DNA of 56,959 bases, counting the filler, from Sphacelaria rigidula (Eukaryota), in NCBI GenBank assembly GCA_964200075.2. It is 8 parts of 8 records of this genome, joined end to end, with 100 filler letters (N's around TTAATTAATTAA, not from the genome) between each part and the next. Parts side by side here need not be neighbours in the genome. Positions count along the whole stretch, not along the records: positions 21,400 to 28,431 come from CAXNAA020016850.1; positions 28,532 to 35,563 come from CAXNAA020016851.1; positions 35,664 to 42,695 come from CAXNAA020016852.1; 5 more parts are not named here. One strand, written 5' to 3'. The notes below the pieces were generated by a model. That model had not been told where the DNA came from. It did not search any database and saw only the letters and a list, made by a program, of their open reading frames with translations. A program made the translations under genes and the position numbers. This document shows positions 25,251 to 36,195 of this stretch, one piece after another (positions within the stretch are counted from its first letter, which is position 1; each line of letters begins with the position of its first letter).

Positions 25251-25408
25251 ATATTCCGTGAAGGACCAGGGTAGCTTCCCTTTCTATCTCGAGGCCGAAC
25301 CAGATGATCCGGACCGCGTGCTCAAGCCGTTGCTCGGTGATGAGGCCCCCCAGGCCCTCGGAGGTGACGATGCTGGAGACGGAGCTCAAGTTTGTTCCAA
25401 GCGCCTTG
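25251..25408 (+). CDS. Ankyrin-repeat protein, downstream exon
   Basis: ttccccacag acceptor; phase-2 join preserves the frame (R-YSVKDQGSFPFYLEAEPDD...); gtacgc donor. Confidence 0.65.
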
Positions 25409-26562
25409 GTACGCATGGCAAGACCGATGAACGGAAGCCATGTGTGTTGTTGGTATAAGTTGAAAAAGCTATCCGCGGGGACGGATGTATCGGTTCTTCA
25501 TTTTTGCAAAACAGCGAGCAAGGAATCTAGGCCGTGCATATCGTTTAATCTTACCCCGATAGAGTGAGGGGGTAAATAAGCGGTAAAACGGAGCGTGCTG
25601 CCCGCGTTCACTCCGGTGCAATCAGTCACTCGTTTGCGGGCGTTTCTGTACTTGCATCGGTGCGCGGATAGAATGATCGTCGATATCTTGGGAAGATTCT
25701 CACTCGTTGTCCATTTTTGGCACGCGCCGACTTTTTTTCTCCGCAACTTTTCTTGTTTCGATGGATTTACGAGTACTCCGCTTTAGACTAGACAGAGATC
25801 CTACAAAGCTTGCCGTCGGACGGTCGAGTTGACCCTTGATTCATTTTCTAGAGAAAAATGGACCCTGCTTCTCGCAATATCCGGAGACATGGTGAGTGAC
25901 GAACGCTTTCCGGGACAGCAACCGCATTTTCCGAGGATGAGGATGCGCCGTCATGAGTATGATTATTGGAGCCAACGATGGGACTCTCGACATGATTTGT
26001 TCTGACAAGAACACAAATGCGCTCACGCTGTGTCACTCAACCTTTTGCGACGCACTGGGGAATTTTATGCAGGAGCATTCGCAGATTCCAATTTTCAAAT
26101 TGGTGTTGTCTCAGGCTTTTCTTAGATTCGACACCAGATTTCTGTGACGCAAAACACTCTCGTTTTTTTCGAAATACTTTTCAAAAAACGAGCAGAACTT
26201 TTCGAAAAACTGCTCGAACCATGACCCCACAATCTGGATTACAGAGTAGTACACTCAAGACAAGACAATTTTGCAGTGGTAAATGGAGTATAGAGTACTG
26301 CACTCAACACAAAACAACACGACAGTTCTGCAGCATCACGAGAAATCACGCGCCGTTCTAATCGCGTTCCGCACGAGAAGCAATAGCAGCAGGATCAGCA
26401 GCATCTTCACTGCCAGTAGATGTACGCGGCGGGGGGTGGGTCTAAATCAGCCGGTGCCGATTTGTTTTGTGTGTGTGTCAGCGCTGTCCAGCACGGTGAC
26501 TATCACTCGCAAGGTGCGTGGGTGTTGTCGCATGGTCGAAACGCGGACCGTCTACGATCAAG

Positions 26563-26791
26563 AGTAGCATGGGAACCTGCCTGAAATCAGAACAACAAGG
26601 TTACAGTGGTGCTCCAGAGACTTCAAGACTTCAAGTAGTTATACAACCAGCAGTCGTCGTTAACCAGAAGCTTCATAGGATTTCCTCACGAACACGATAT
26701 GTTACGCATCTATAGTCATCCTCCAACCAATCAATCCAGGATCCACCGTATATCTCATGTTGCACGTATACTGTAGGTGGACTACTCTACA
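26563..26791 (-). repeat. Probable 3' LTR of the chromovirus-type Gypsy element
   Basis: Minus strand starts TGTAGAG after purine-rich ttggaggatgc and ends CATGCTAC(T). Confidence 0.45.
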
Positions 26792-27072
26792 GCATCCTCC
26801 AAAACTTCGCACTACTCGAAGTAGAAAGCGAAATTGAACAATAGTAAACACCGACAGTACCCTACGATGTCAACAAGAGACAAGTATTCAATATCAGACC
26901 GCATCAGGTTAGATCACGATGCCCTTCTAAGTATAATACTAAAACACCAGCACGAGCTACTCCAACATGTGAGGCAAACAATAACCAAGCGGTACACTCA
27001 ACCAACACCAAATTTCATAGTAGAATCCATGAGCTACGCCAACAACCAATCACAGCTTGAAACCCAACCAAA

Positions 27073-28247
27073 TCAGAGCTTGAGGCCATACTTAGCCAGC
27101 AAACGCGCCCGTACCTGCTTTTTGAGTTGCAACTTATGCAATTCAGAACGTACAAACTGCGGGGCTCCATTCCAAAATGGTTTCCAGTGGCTCCCACGAG
27201 CTCTCGTCCTTGCCGAAACCTACCCATTCCACGTGTACAACGAATCCATTACCGTCTTGAGCCTCGGACAAGACAACAACCGCCTCCATCTCAAACTCTC
27301 GTTGTGCAAACGCATACTGGAACACTTCAGATCTGCAGTGACGTCCAGTTCCTTGTCCGCGTAGTACCGAAGACGTGCGACATGCGCGTCCTTTCCCTCA
27401 CCATTTACGATATTCTGAATCTCATAGACATGTTTTTGCTCCGCTGCCACGATCCTCCAAGGCCCTGTCCACGTACTTACGAGTTTTGGCGTTCCTGAGC
27501 GCCAAACCCTCGCAGCCAACACATAGTCACCCACCATGAAATTTGGCAACTGTCCCTTACTAGCTACACGTCGTTGAAGTTCACGAGTCTTCTCAACACG
27601 CTGCGCCACCTCCTTGTGCGCCACTTGCTACGCCTCTACTACTGATGCCACCTTCTCCCGCAGCATCTCCTCATCCAGCACATCAAGTCGCCACTCGCCG
27701 CCGGTCGACGATGCCAGGGTAGAATAACTTGTGCGCGGCGCCCGTCCAAACATCACATGGTATGGCGTACTGGCGTAGCGCTCACGGAATGCCGTGTTCA
27801 ATGCCCACTATACGGTAGGCACCAGTCCAACCCAGTCACGAACGTCGCGCCTCTATTCTTGCAGCATGGCCTTCAAAGTACGGACAACCTCTCGCATCAT
27901 CCTTTTACACGTACCATTTGACCACGGCGAGTTTGGAACCGCGAACCTCCTGTCCAGCTTCAGCGCCTTCTCCAGTGCTCGCGTCACACGGTTCTTAAAA
28001 TGCCACGCGGTGTCACTAACCCAGACCACCGGCGGACCCAACGCCTTGCACCATGCCAAAAGATGCTGCACAATCGCTGCAGCTGTACAAGACTCAGTGG
28101 GCTCCAACCACGCGAAACTGCACAGATCATCCATCATTAAAAATAGGGTCTTGCTATTTACGTCAACATTAACGTAATCTGCTCCATCCATCAACGTTCA
28201 GCATCCGTTCCACAAGCCCCGCATGGACACAACAACACATGAAAAAC
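27073..28247 (-). pseudogene. Chromovirus-type Gypsy integrase plus chromodomain, few disruptions
   Basis: MMDDLCSFAWLEP; WVSDTAWHFKN; SPWSNGTCKRMMREV; PKLVSTWTGPW; AHVARLRYY; FVVHVEWVGFGKDESSWEPL. Confidence 0.92.
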
Positions 28248-28431
28248 TGTAATGATGAGTACGCGGCAGTATAAGGCAAGAGCACAGTGTGCAGCCCAAG
28301 GCACAAGCTTGGCAGACAAGTATACAACCGTCGGCTATAATTACTTGTAAATACTGTATACCGCTATACGTCAGATAAGAGGCAATAACTCACGCAGTAG
28401 GTCTTTTAACTTCTCTTGATTATCTTGATTC
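28248..28431. mobile_element. Non-coding sequence starting TGTAA that interrupts the integrase; possibly a nested LTR
   Basis: Integrase similarity ends abruptly at a TG dinucleotide; cut by a spacer. Confidence 0.3.
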
Positions 28432-28531
28432 NNNNNNNNNNNNNNNNNNNNNNNNNNNNNNNNNNNNNNNNNNNNTTAATTAATTAANNNNNNNNNNNNN
28501 NNNNNNNNNNNNNNNNNNNNNNNNNNNNNNN
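28432..28531. other. Artificial spacer
   Basis: N44-TTAATTAATTAA-N44. Confidence 0.99.
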
Positions 28532-30040
28532 ACAGATTTTCTGGAATGGGGACAGGGCAGCCAAGGTGCAAATATTGCATGGTAGCACGGCATAATGGCT
28601 CGGCCTGTTGTTCACGAGCCCAGTCGCGATGTGAATAGCTAGCGAGGAATTCGCGCAAATGGCCTTCGGCAGGAGAGCCAACCAGACATGGGGGCACAGG
28701 AGGGGGTGGAACAGGAGACGGAGCGGGGACACCAACCTCAATTTCCATGTCGGAGTCAGGGTCCGAAGTGTTCGGTTTTTTCTCAGAAGGTGTGATCGAA
28801 GAATGTACCGCAGAAGGCGGCGTGGGCGTGCGCGCTGGAGAACGCGATCTACGTCGGGGGCGCGATTTGTGTGTGGCTGATTTTGCCAAGGTCATCGATG
28901 CGCTGTTGCGGGGAGACGGTGCTCCGTCATTCGGAGAAAGAGGACGCTGAGTCGAGGGCGGCGGTACGCGAAGGGTGTTCGCGCGGGCGGTAGACCGAGA
29001 GCGTGTATTGTCCGAAATAAGATGAATAGTAGTAGGTGGCGGCGCGGAGATGTTCGCACGAGGACCGAAAGTACGGAAATCAGTGAAATCGGCGGCGGCC
29101 GGTTTCATTCCACTCAACACTGCGTCGTGGGGTAGGGGGCGGGGTTTACCCATGTGCGTACTTGTTTCAGGGCAGTGGAGGTCAAGGGCGAAGATAGGCG
29201 TTAAAAAACGCCGAATTGGATAGATGCCTGGTTCATCAGGTTCTGTCAACCTACAAGCGGGGCTAGTATCTACAGCCGTAGGAGGCAGCGGAAGGCGGGA
29301 GAGAAGATCAGCATTCCCATTGGTTTTACCTGGTCGATGTTTGACTGTATAGTTGTAGGCTGTCAAAAACTCTAACCAGCGTTGCACGCGCGGGTTATGT
29401 TCACCAACTTTCGCGAGTTGTTCAAGGGCTCCATGATCCGTATAAATCTGGAAGGGGACTTGGAACAGATATTGTCAAAGGCGTTTTATAGCCCAGGTAA
29501 TAGCTCCACCTTCTAACTCTAGGGGACTCCAATTGACTTCATTAGGCAAGGTTGCCCGGCTGATGTAGAGAATGGGTCGCACGGAGCCATCAAGTTGGGG
29601 CTGATTCAATACCGCGCCAAAACCATCTATACTGGCATCCGTATGCAGTTGAAAAAGGCGAGAGTCGTTTTGAACTGCGTCCCAGTCCGGAAAACAAAGA
29701 ACCGGGTTTTTGGTAAGTGTGTTCAACAAATCGCGTACAATGACTTCCATATCTTTTGTGAAGACAAATGCGACGCCTTTTTTAAGGAAGTCCGTAATGG
29801 TTTGGATCCGTTTGGACAAATTTAGCAAAAATTTGCGATAGTATGAGAGTCCACCCAACAATGAGCGGAGCTGTGAAATGTTGGTAGGCATGGGCATCTC
29901 GGTCATTGCCCGTACTTTATTAGTGTCCGGGTGTAGACCCGCCGGTGAAATAGAGTGGCCTAGAAAATCCAATTCAGTCGCCCCAAGGCGAGCTTTGGAC
30001 GGAGACAATTTTAAATCGTGTGTCCGGAGGCGAGAGAAAA
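28532..30040 (-). pseudogene. Gypsy RT thumb, RNase H and linker
   Basis: LDFLGHSIS; LRSLLGGLSYYRKF; LHTDASIDGFGAVL; ELEGGAITWAIKRL*QYL; IYTDH; QRWLEFL; NADLLSRL. Confidence 0.93.
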
Positions 30041-30705
30041 TGCTCGTAAAGTACGCACGTGTGCGGGGGGAGAAGCATCGAAAGCGATAGCATCGTCCAA
30101 GTACATGAGGACATGTTCAAGTCCATCTGTGGCTCGTTGAATCAAACGTTGGAAGCAACCAGGAGCCGTAGCGGCACCTTGTGGCAAACGGAGCCACTCG
30201 TAAAGGCCGGAAGATGTACAGAGCGCTGTTAACGGGACTGTATCAGGGTGAATGGCATTCTGAAAAAATCCAGAAGCAAGATCGAAGGTGCTGAAGATTT
30301 TTCCTTCGCCCAACGAATCAAACACTTCATCAATGCGAGGGATGGGGAGTTTTCCCACTACAGTGACGCGATTCAGCCGCTTATAATTAACGGTGATACG
30401 TATGTTCCCATCTTTTTTAGGGACTACCACTATGGGCGAAGCCCATGGAGAGGAGGAGTGTTGAATTAAACCAGCTCCTAAATACGCATCCAAGATGGCA
30501 TTAACCTTTTTCGTAAGGATGGGGTTCGTCCGATAGGGGCGAGAAGCGATAGGTGAAACACCAGGTTGAAGTGTGGTGTCGAAGGGGAGCGTTTTGCAGT
30601 GCCCCAGATCCGTTTTGGATCGAGAAAATCGATCTTGATACTCCAATGAAACATCGCTTAGTTCTTTGATTACGGCGGGCTCCCACCCGGGCCCGTGTAA
30701 ATCAA
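30040..30705 (-). pseudogene. Gypsy reverse transcriptase
   Basis: SPWASPIVVVPKKDGNIRITVNYKRLN; FDLASGFFQ; YEWLRLPQG; YLDD. Confidence 0.96.
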
Positions 30706-31280
30706 AAGTTAATAGCACGCAGGTGAGGTGGCAGTTGCTTCCACAGCTGCAAAAACCTTTCTCGGGACTCCAGTGATAAGCGCGTGAGCACTTCATCACG
30801 GGGGTCGGAAGTAGGGTGACCTGGTTCCACAACATGTATATGCGGGGGGGTGAAGTCGAAATATGGCTCATCGACACAATTAACAGAGCCGTTGGTCGGA
30901 GACGAAGATTTGGGCGCCATTGGTTCAGTGGCGCATGTCTCGAGTGGAATGTGCAACAAGGGGGCCGCAGCGATACCTATGATATCGCCGGGTTCCAAAT
31001 TAGCGTGACCTGTGAGGGTAACAACTAACTGTAGTCCTGCGGAAACAAAGTGCTCGGTGCCGGCAGGTGCGCCAACCCAAGGAAGTACTTCAGCAAGATA
31101 ATGGCCTGTGAGGGCCGGCATGCCGTTTCGGCGAACAAGTGCAACTTCTAACAGTTGAGGATCATCGGCGAGAGTAACCCCAGTACCCCCGTCATATCGA
31201 AGGTGATAGGCAGCTCCGGTAGCTTTATCATCTTTCTTGTAAGCCAAAGCACCAGCGAGAGTACCAAAATGCTCAAGGTT

Positions 31281-31720
31281 TCATAATTCTCCACGCGGCG
31301 CAGAATGTGGCGATATTGGGGGGAGAGTACGATAAGTTCTTTGATCAAACCGCATGTAACTATCTCTGCCCAACAGCAAAGCGTGAGCCATGGTGCTGTC
31401 GGGGACAACACAAGCCCAAACGGCAAGACTCGCAGAACGGTCGGTATTGTGAAAAAACTGCACACTGAGGCGTACTGATTTTCGCGTCGTCAAAGGTGTG
31501 TTGGAGTCACCAAAACCGCCCCAAACACGAGGCTGTGTTGTAATTTCACAAATATCTGAAGCAGCTTCCGTCTGCTTTATGTGGTCCCACATTGAGTCAC
31601 GAATAAACGTTTGTGGGCAGCCACTATCTAACAAAGAGACACACTTAGCAGGCGTAGCGGCGTAAGGGCCACAATGCAACGCAACACGAGTAGTAAAAGT
31701 GGCGGGGTCAACAGACACTT
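31281..31720 (-). pseudogene. Gypsy aspartic protease
   Basis: SLLDSGCPQTFI and ALLLGRDS (ILGRD-type) motifs. Confidence 0.88.
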
Positions 31721-32768
31721 TGCCACCTACTAAGTCTGGGCCGTGTTCAGCCAATGTGTATTGGTCAGGGTCAACTGTGCTAACAGCGAAAACGGAAGGT
31801 GGATGATCCGCCGGGGGTGCAGAAGGCTCGCCAGGATTTATGGGAGGACTCGAAGAAGGAGTATCGCAAGGCGACTGGCCACTATTAATCTCATAAATAA
31901 CCGTCTTCGGTAGGCAGGGGTCGGTATTTGAAAAAGACCCGTGCGAATGGACGTTTATATCGTCGGGTGAATAGTTAGACGCGTCAGAGAGATCGGATTT
32001 AGATTCTTCTGTGATGCTTGATAAAACAATCGAGATCAAAGTCGTCGCATTACGGAGAGAGTGAGGTCGGGGTTTTCCGCTCGAGAGAGGTGTACGTGTC
32101 GATGCACGCTATACTCTGGGGGCATCTCTACGGGGCTTCCTCTCACGCCGTGACAAAGGGCGGGGAACTTCCAAAGTTTTTTGGAAATCTGCAGCTGCGT
32201 CCAGCTGGAGTGATGGGGTCAGCATCGAATCATCAAGCGAAGCTTGTGGGCTATCCGTAGGCAAGCTTGGTTGAGAGATCTGCAATTGTGCAGAGTTACG
32301 GTTCTTATGAGAACGATTCAGGGGTAGCTTCGCAGGAGTCGATGAACGCGAAGAACGAACTCTATCGAGCTGGGTGGGTGTTACTTGGCCTGAAGTGGTC
32401 AATTTCAGACCAACAATACTTGAAGCAGTCGAAGGAAGTACTATACTACCTACGCGTGCGGTCACTGAGGGAAGCCTTTGCCTCAGGGACGGGCGGTCGG
32501 TGTACCCACACCTCAGATTTACACTTAATTCTGAAGGACCAAGTCCAGAGTCAAGCGTAGCACCAAGTTGTGAATCAACGCGACTGTTACGCTGTTTGCG
32601 GGAGGATCAAGACGGGGATCTACATGACCGGTCCTTCTGGATATTCCTGCAAAGTGCCGGGGAAGCGGAGCGAGAAAATCTCGCCGCGCGCTTCGACGGC
32701 AGAGGGGAGCTAATCTCCGTGGGTGCTATCGACGGCGCCGGAAACGTGAAAACGCCGGCGTTGGCGCG

Positions 32769-34847
32769 TCATGGACCAGTCCGATCAGTCATGAAGGAAC
32801 CAGGGTCTCTAGCGTTAGGATTGGAGTGATCATGATTAGGTCCGGTACGCTGATGTCTATCAGTGGTGGAATTACGGCGAGAAGAGCTATCACGTCGCCG
32901 AGAATTCGAACTGTCGTAGTTGGTACGACTGTCGCAATTTGTGCGATTATGGGGGTTGCGAGCATGACGGTTCGAAGTACGGTAGTCACGCATGCGTTGT
33001 TGCCAGCGACGGAACGCGGGCTCGTTGTTCTGAAGTTCAGAATTCATGAGACCGAAAGCGTTGATGCAAGGGCGGGAGCAATTACGCATACTGTGTCCGT
33101 GGCCGTAACAGTTGATACAGCTGTTGGCATGTTGGCTGAAGGCCTGGTATCTAGCAGCTTTGGTGAGAAGGGGGTTCCACAAATACGGATCATCCGTCGT
33201 GAAAGCCGAAGTGGAAACGGCGTACACGTCATCCCGAGTCTCAGTAGAGTACGGCCAACCATCGAAGTTAGCAGCAAAAGGATCTCGTTTATGTGTAACG
33301 CTCATTACGGAACCAGCTATGGAAGCGGGTACCCAAGAGGAGCGAGGTGAACTCTGGGATCTGTTACGAGACCCAGAAGGGGGAACGGGAGTGGTGAAAG
33401 TCGGCTGTGAGCGCTGGGGGGAATACGTGTCACCGCAAATGGCGGGCATCAAATTATTTTCTTGATGAACAAAAGCGCTCCACATCGCATCGACTGAAGG
33501 GTAAGGCACGTTACGATGTGCAAATGCGCCAGGAAACAGCGACGGCATGAGTGTAGGGAACTGCTCAGCGACACTATTTCTCACGTAGGACTGACACATT
33601 GCGTCAGACGGCCCGGTTTGATGACCTACGCCTGTCGTACTGGAGACAATTAACTTGAGTTGTCGGAGGTAATCCGCAAAGGGAGCATCAGTTGCGACGC
33701 CGAAAGAACTCAGACGCTGGATAGCACTTGCCTGGGTGGAATGGTCGAAGTAACCGGTGAAACGCCTCTCCAAGTGAGCGAGTACTTCTGGGCCTCGGCA
33801 CCCGTTGGTATGATCCGCATCCATTGCGGAGCAGAATCCGTCGACGACCTGTGTAAGTGAAGCGGCGATCGTCGGCGATCGGCGATTGATAGCGCGGTGC
33901 AGAGCCTTGTGAAGAGGGGTCTGCCAACCAACAACCCAATCAGGATCGTCAAAACCCTGAGTGCCCGTAGTATCAGCCAATTGCAGGATGTTACGTACTG
34001 TTCGGCGTATCGAAGTAATAAGGGCAGTCGTGAAGTCACCAGAATCTTCGTTGTCAGCCGCTGGCATAGGTTTGATATGCCAAAGTTTCTTGACATCCAT
34101 TTGGATGTACTCACGCTGGATAGCTGCAACACGAGCCGAGTCCGAGATACCTGGGGCAACAACATCATCATTACGGAATGTAATCTTGACCTTTTCAGCA
34201 CGTCTACGAGCAATCACTGAGGATAACGGCCGATCCGATTGGTCGGAGTCGGAAAGACCTAACAATTGCTTGGAAACGTCGGCAAGCTTGGGTGTGGCTT
34301 GCCTGGGCCCGAAAGTGAGAGACGCCGGCGAGTCTGAAACGCGCGTGCGTTGTCGGTGGGAAGAGGAGCCACTGGAGCTGTGGCCGCTGCCGTGCCGCTT
34401 GTTGGCCTTGCCGTTCGCTCTACGACTGTTGTGGCCGATTGACGAGGATGTACCACCGCGGGGATGAGAAGGAGGACCCCCAGAACGGTCGTCATCATCG
34501 GGGGGGCGACGGGTATGATGCGAAGACACAGTTGTCCAAGAGGCATCCTCATCCTCGGCAGTGGCGGTCTGGTATGCGGCTCGAAAAGTCGCAAACACGT
34601 CTATGAGGGCTTGCTCATATCCTGAAGGGGGTGGGTTCGATTCCCGATACAGGAGATGAACAAGATCGCCAAGCGTAGCGGAAAAAGGGCCTGATGCAGG
34701 GTAGGTGGCGCCGGAGTCAACGTAAAGATCCACGATGGCATGGAGACGTAAAGAGCTCGAAGTGTTGCCCACTCTACGCGGCTGGCCTGAAGGGGGTTGC
34801 GAATGGAATACCGCCCGCACAGTTGTGATACCGTGAGGGGATACCAT
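32769..34847 (-). CDS. Gypsy Gag (692-aa open segment) with CCHC zinc knuckle
   Basis: CINCYGHGHSMRNC fits C-x2-C-x4-H-x4-C; in frame with the downstream protease across premature stops. Confidence 0.8.
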   Translation of the reverse strand: MVSPHGITTVRAVFHSQPPSGQPRRVGNTSSSLRLHAIVDLYVDSGATYPASGPFSATLGDLVHLLYRESNPPPSGYEQALIDVFATFRAAYQTATAEDEDASWTTVSSHHTRRPPDDDDRSGGPPSHPRGGTSSSIGHNSRRANGKANKRHGSGHSSSGSSSHRQRTRVSDSPASLTFGPRQATPKLADVSKQLLGLSDSDQSDRPLSSVIARRRAEKVKITFRNDDVVAPGISDSARVAAIQREYIQMDVKKLWHIKPMPAADNEDSGDFTTALITSIRRTVRNILQLADTTGTQGFDDPDWVVGWQTPLHKALHRAINRRSPTIAASLTQVVDGFCSAMDADHTNGCRGPEVLAHLERRFTGYFDHSTQASAIQRLSSFGVATDAPFADYLRQLKLIVSSTTGVGHQTGPSDAMCQSYVRNSVAEQFPTLMPSLFPGAFAHRNVPYPSVDAMWSAFVHQENNLMPAICGDTYSPQRSQPTFTTPVPPSGSRNRSQSSPRSSWVPASIAGSVMSVTHKRDPFAANFDGWPYSTETRDDVYAVSTSAFTTDDPYLWNPLLTKAARYQAFSQHANSCINCYGHGHSMRNCSRPCINAFGLMNSELQNNEPAFRRWQQRMRDYRTSNRHARNPHNRTNCDSRTNYDSSNSRRRDSSSRRNSTTDRHQRTGPNHDHSNPNARDPGSFMTDRTGP

Positions 34848-35563
34848 TGGTGGTCGTAATAGTTGATGACGAAGTGGGGGTGGGAATGGTTTGGCGGCGG
34901 CGTGGAGGGTGGCGGCAGTGGAGGGGGGGAAACCGCATCAGCGTACGAGGCGCGAGTGTCGGGGGGGGGTGCCATGGGGGGGGTAGAAGCAGTCGCCGAC
35001 GGAGGGGCCGGCGGAGAATGGGTGTGATGGGGCTTGCGGTTCGGCCGTGACGTTGGTTGCAGTTTCGTCGAAGTTTACCGGGATGCCTGATGAGAACTGA
35101 GAAGAGCCTCCAGCTCAAGAAAGGTCGCGGAAGCCTTCTGCTCGTTGGCTTGAATACTGGCGCGACGGCGAGCGAGGTCCCGCTCTGCTTGCTCAATCTC
35201 AGTGAGGGCCCGTTTGGCGGCGGTGCGGGAAGCCGTGGCCCTGGTGCGCTGCTTCTCCAAGCGTTTCAGGGTTTCGTCGTATTCTTGGCGCAGAAGACGC
35301 TCCGAGTTGGCTCTAGCAGTATCATCGTCAGTGGTTCTCACCGAAGCGGGAGCGGCACCGGGAGCAGCCGCGGCACTAGCCGCGGGCGGGTCGGAAGCGG
35401 AGGCAGTCGCATCCGCGGGAGACGGTGACTTCGGGGCGAAGTCTAGCAACGCGCGTTCTTGCGCGTCGCGGTCGAATGAATCGAAGATCCATGGGGGGCA
35501 ACCCGCGGGGCAGCGCTCGGGCTCCAACTTGGGACGAGAAGATGTTGACTCCGTCGTTGCAAT

Positions 35564-35663
35564 NNNNNNNNNNNNNNNNNNNNNNNNNNNNNNNNNNNNN
35601 NNNNNNNTTAATTAATTAANNNNNNNNNNNNNNNNNNNNNNNNNNNNNNNNNNNNNNNNNNNN
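35564..35663. other. Artificial spacer
   Basis: N44-TTAATTAATTAA-N44. Confidence 0.99.
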
Positions 35664-36138
35664 TTTATTTTGTTTGGGTTTTGGTGGTTTGTTTTTAGAG
35701 CGCCGTTGCCACTCGACGCCAACCCAAGAGTCTAGAGGAGAGGGGGGGGGGGGGATGCAGGTGATCAAAACGGAACTACCAACTTCCATCCTTCACGTCG
35801 AGGATCACCTGTTCAAAGTGCTGAACGCTGGAGGAACATCGAATGATGTTCTTCAACCCTAACCCTATATATATGTTCATGTTTCCCACCAAACTTCCGC
35901 CCGCACCACACCGGACAGTCGATGTCACTACCAATACTTCGAAGCAAACACTGGCGCCGTTTCCGCGGTATCACCTATTTATTTCCGACAGCTTACAGTC
36001 TCGATGACGACACAAAGAATCGGAAGAACGTGGGCGTGCGTTATACCATGAGCGACAATCCCGGAAGCATGCTTCATGCGCCCACATATATATACCAAAA
36101 GGTGTAGACCGGCGTCCAGAACAGATGGGACGACAAGA

Positions 36139-36160
36139 CACGCACGCACGCACGCACATA

Positions 36161-36191
<31 letters not shown>

Positions 36192-36195
36192 GCGC
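36139..36195. repeat. Alternating purine-pyrimidine microsatellite (CACG)n-(CA)n-(CG)n
   Basis: Read directly from the sequence. Confidence 0.95.

Larger units (their letters stand above)
28532..35563 (-). mobile_element. Ty3/Gypsy gag-pol polyprotein region (over 7 kb), lightly decayed; both ends lie outside the fragment
   Basis: Consecutive minus-strand ORFs linked by ~6 stops and ~3 frameshifts: gag with CCHC knuckle, PR, RT, RH. Confidence 0.95.

Noticed and set aside
27073-30000. Joining the integrase (27073-28247) to the RT/RH (28532 onward) as one Gypsy element
   Set aside because: They are separated by an artificial spacer, and non-coding sequence interrupts the integrase before it
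34700-34730. Second protease-like motif YVDSGAT in the Gag N-terminus
   Set aside because: No downstream ILG motif; the true protease lies at ~31300-31700
29475-35077. Premature stops compatible with C-to-T change as evidence of DNA methylation or RIP
   Set aside because: Ancestral codons are unknown for most sites, and C-to-T is the commonest route to a stop anyway
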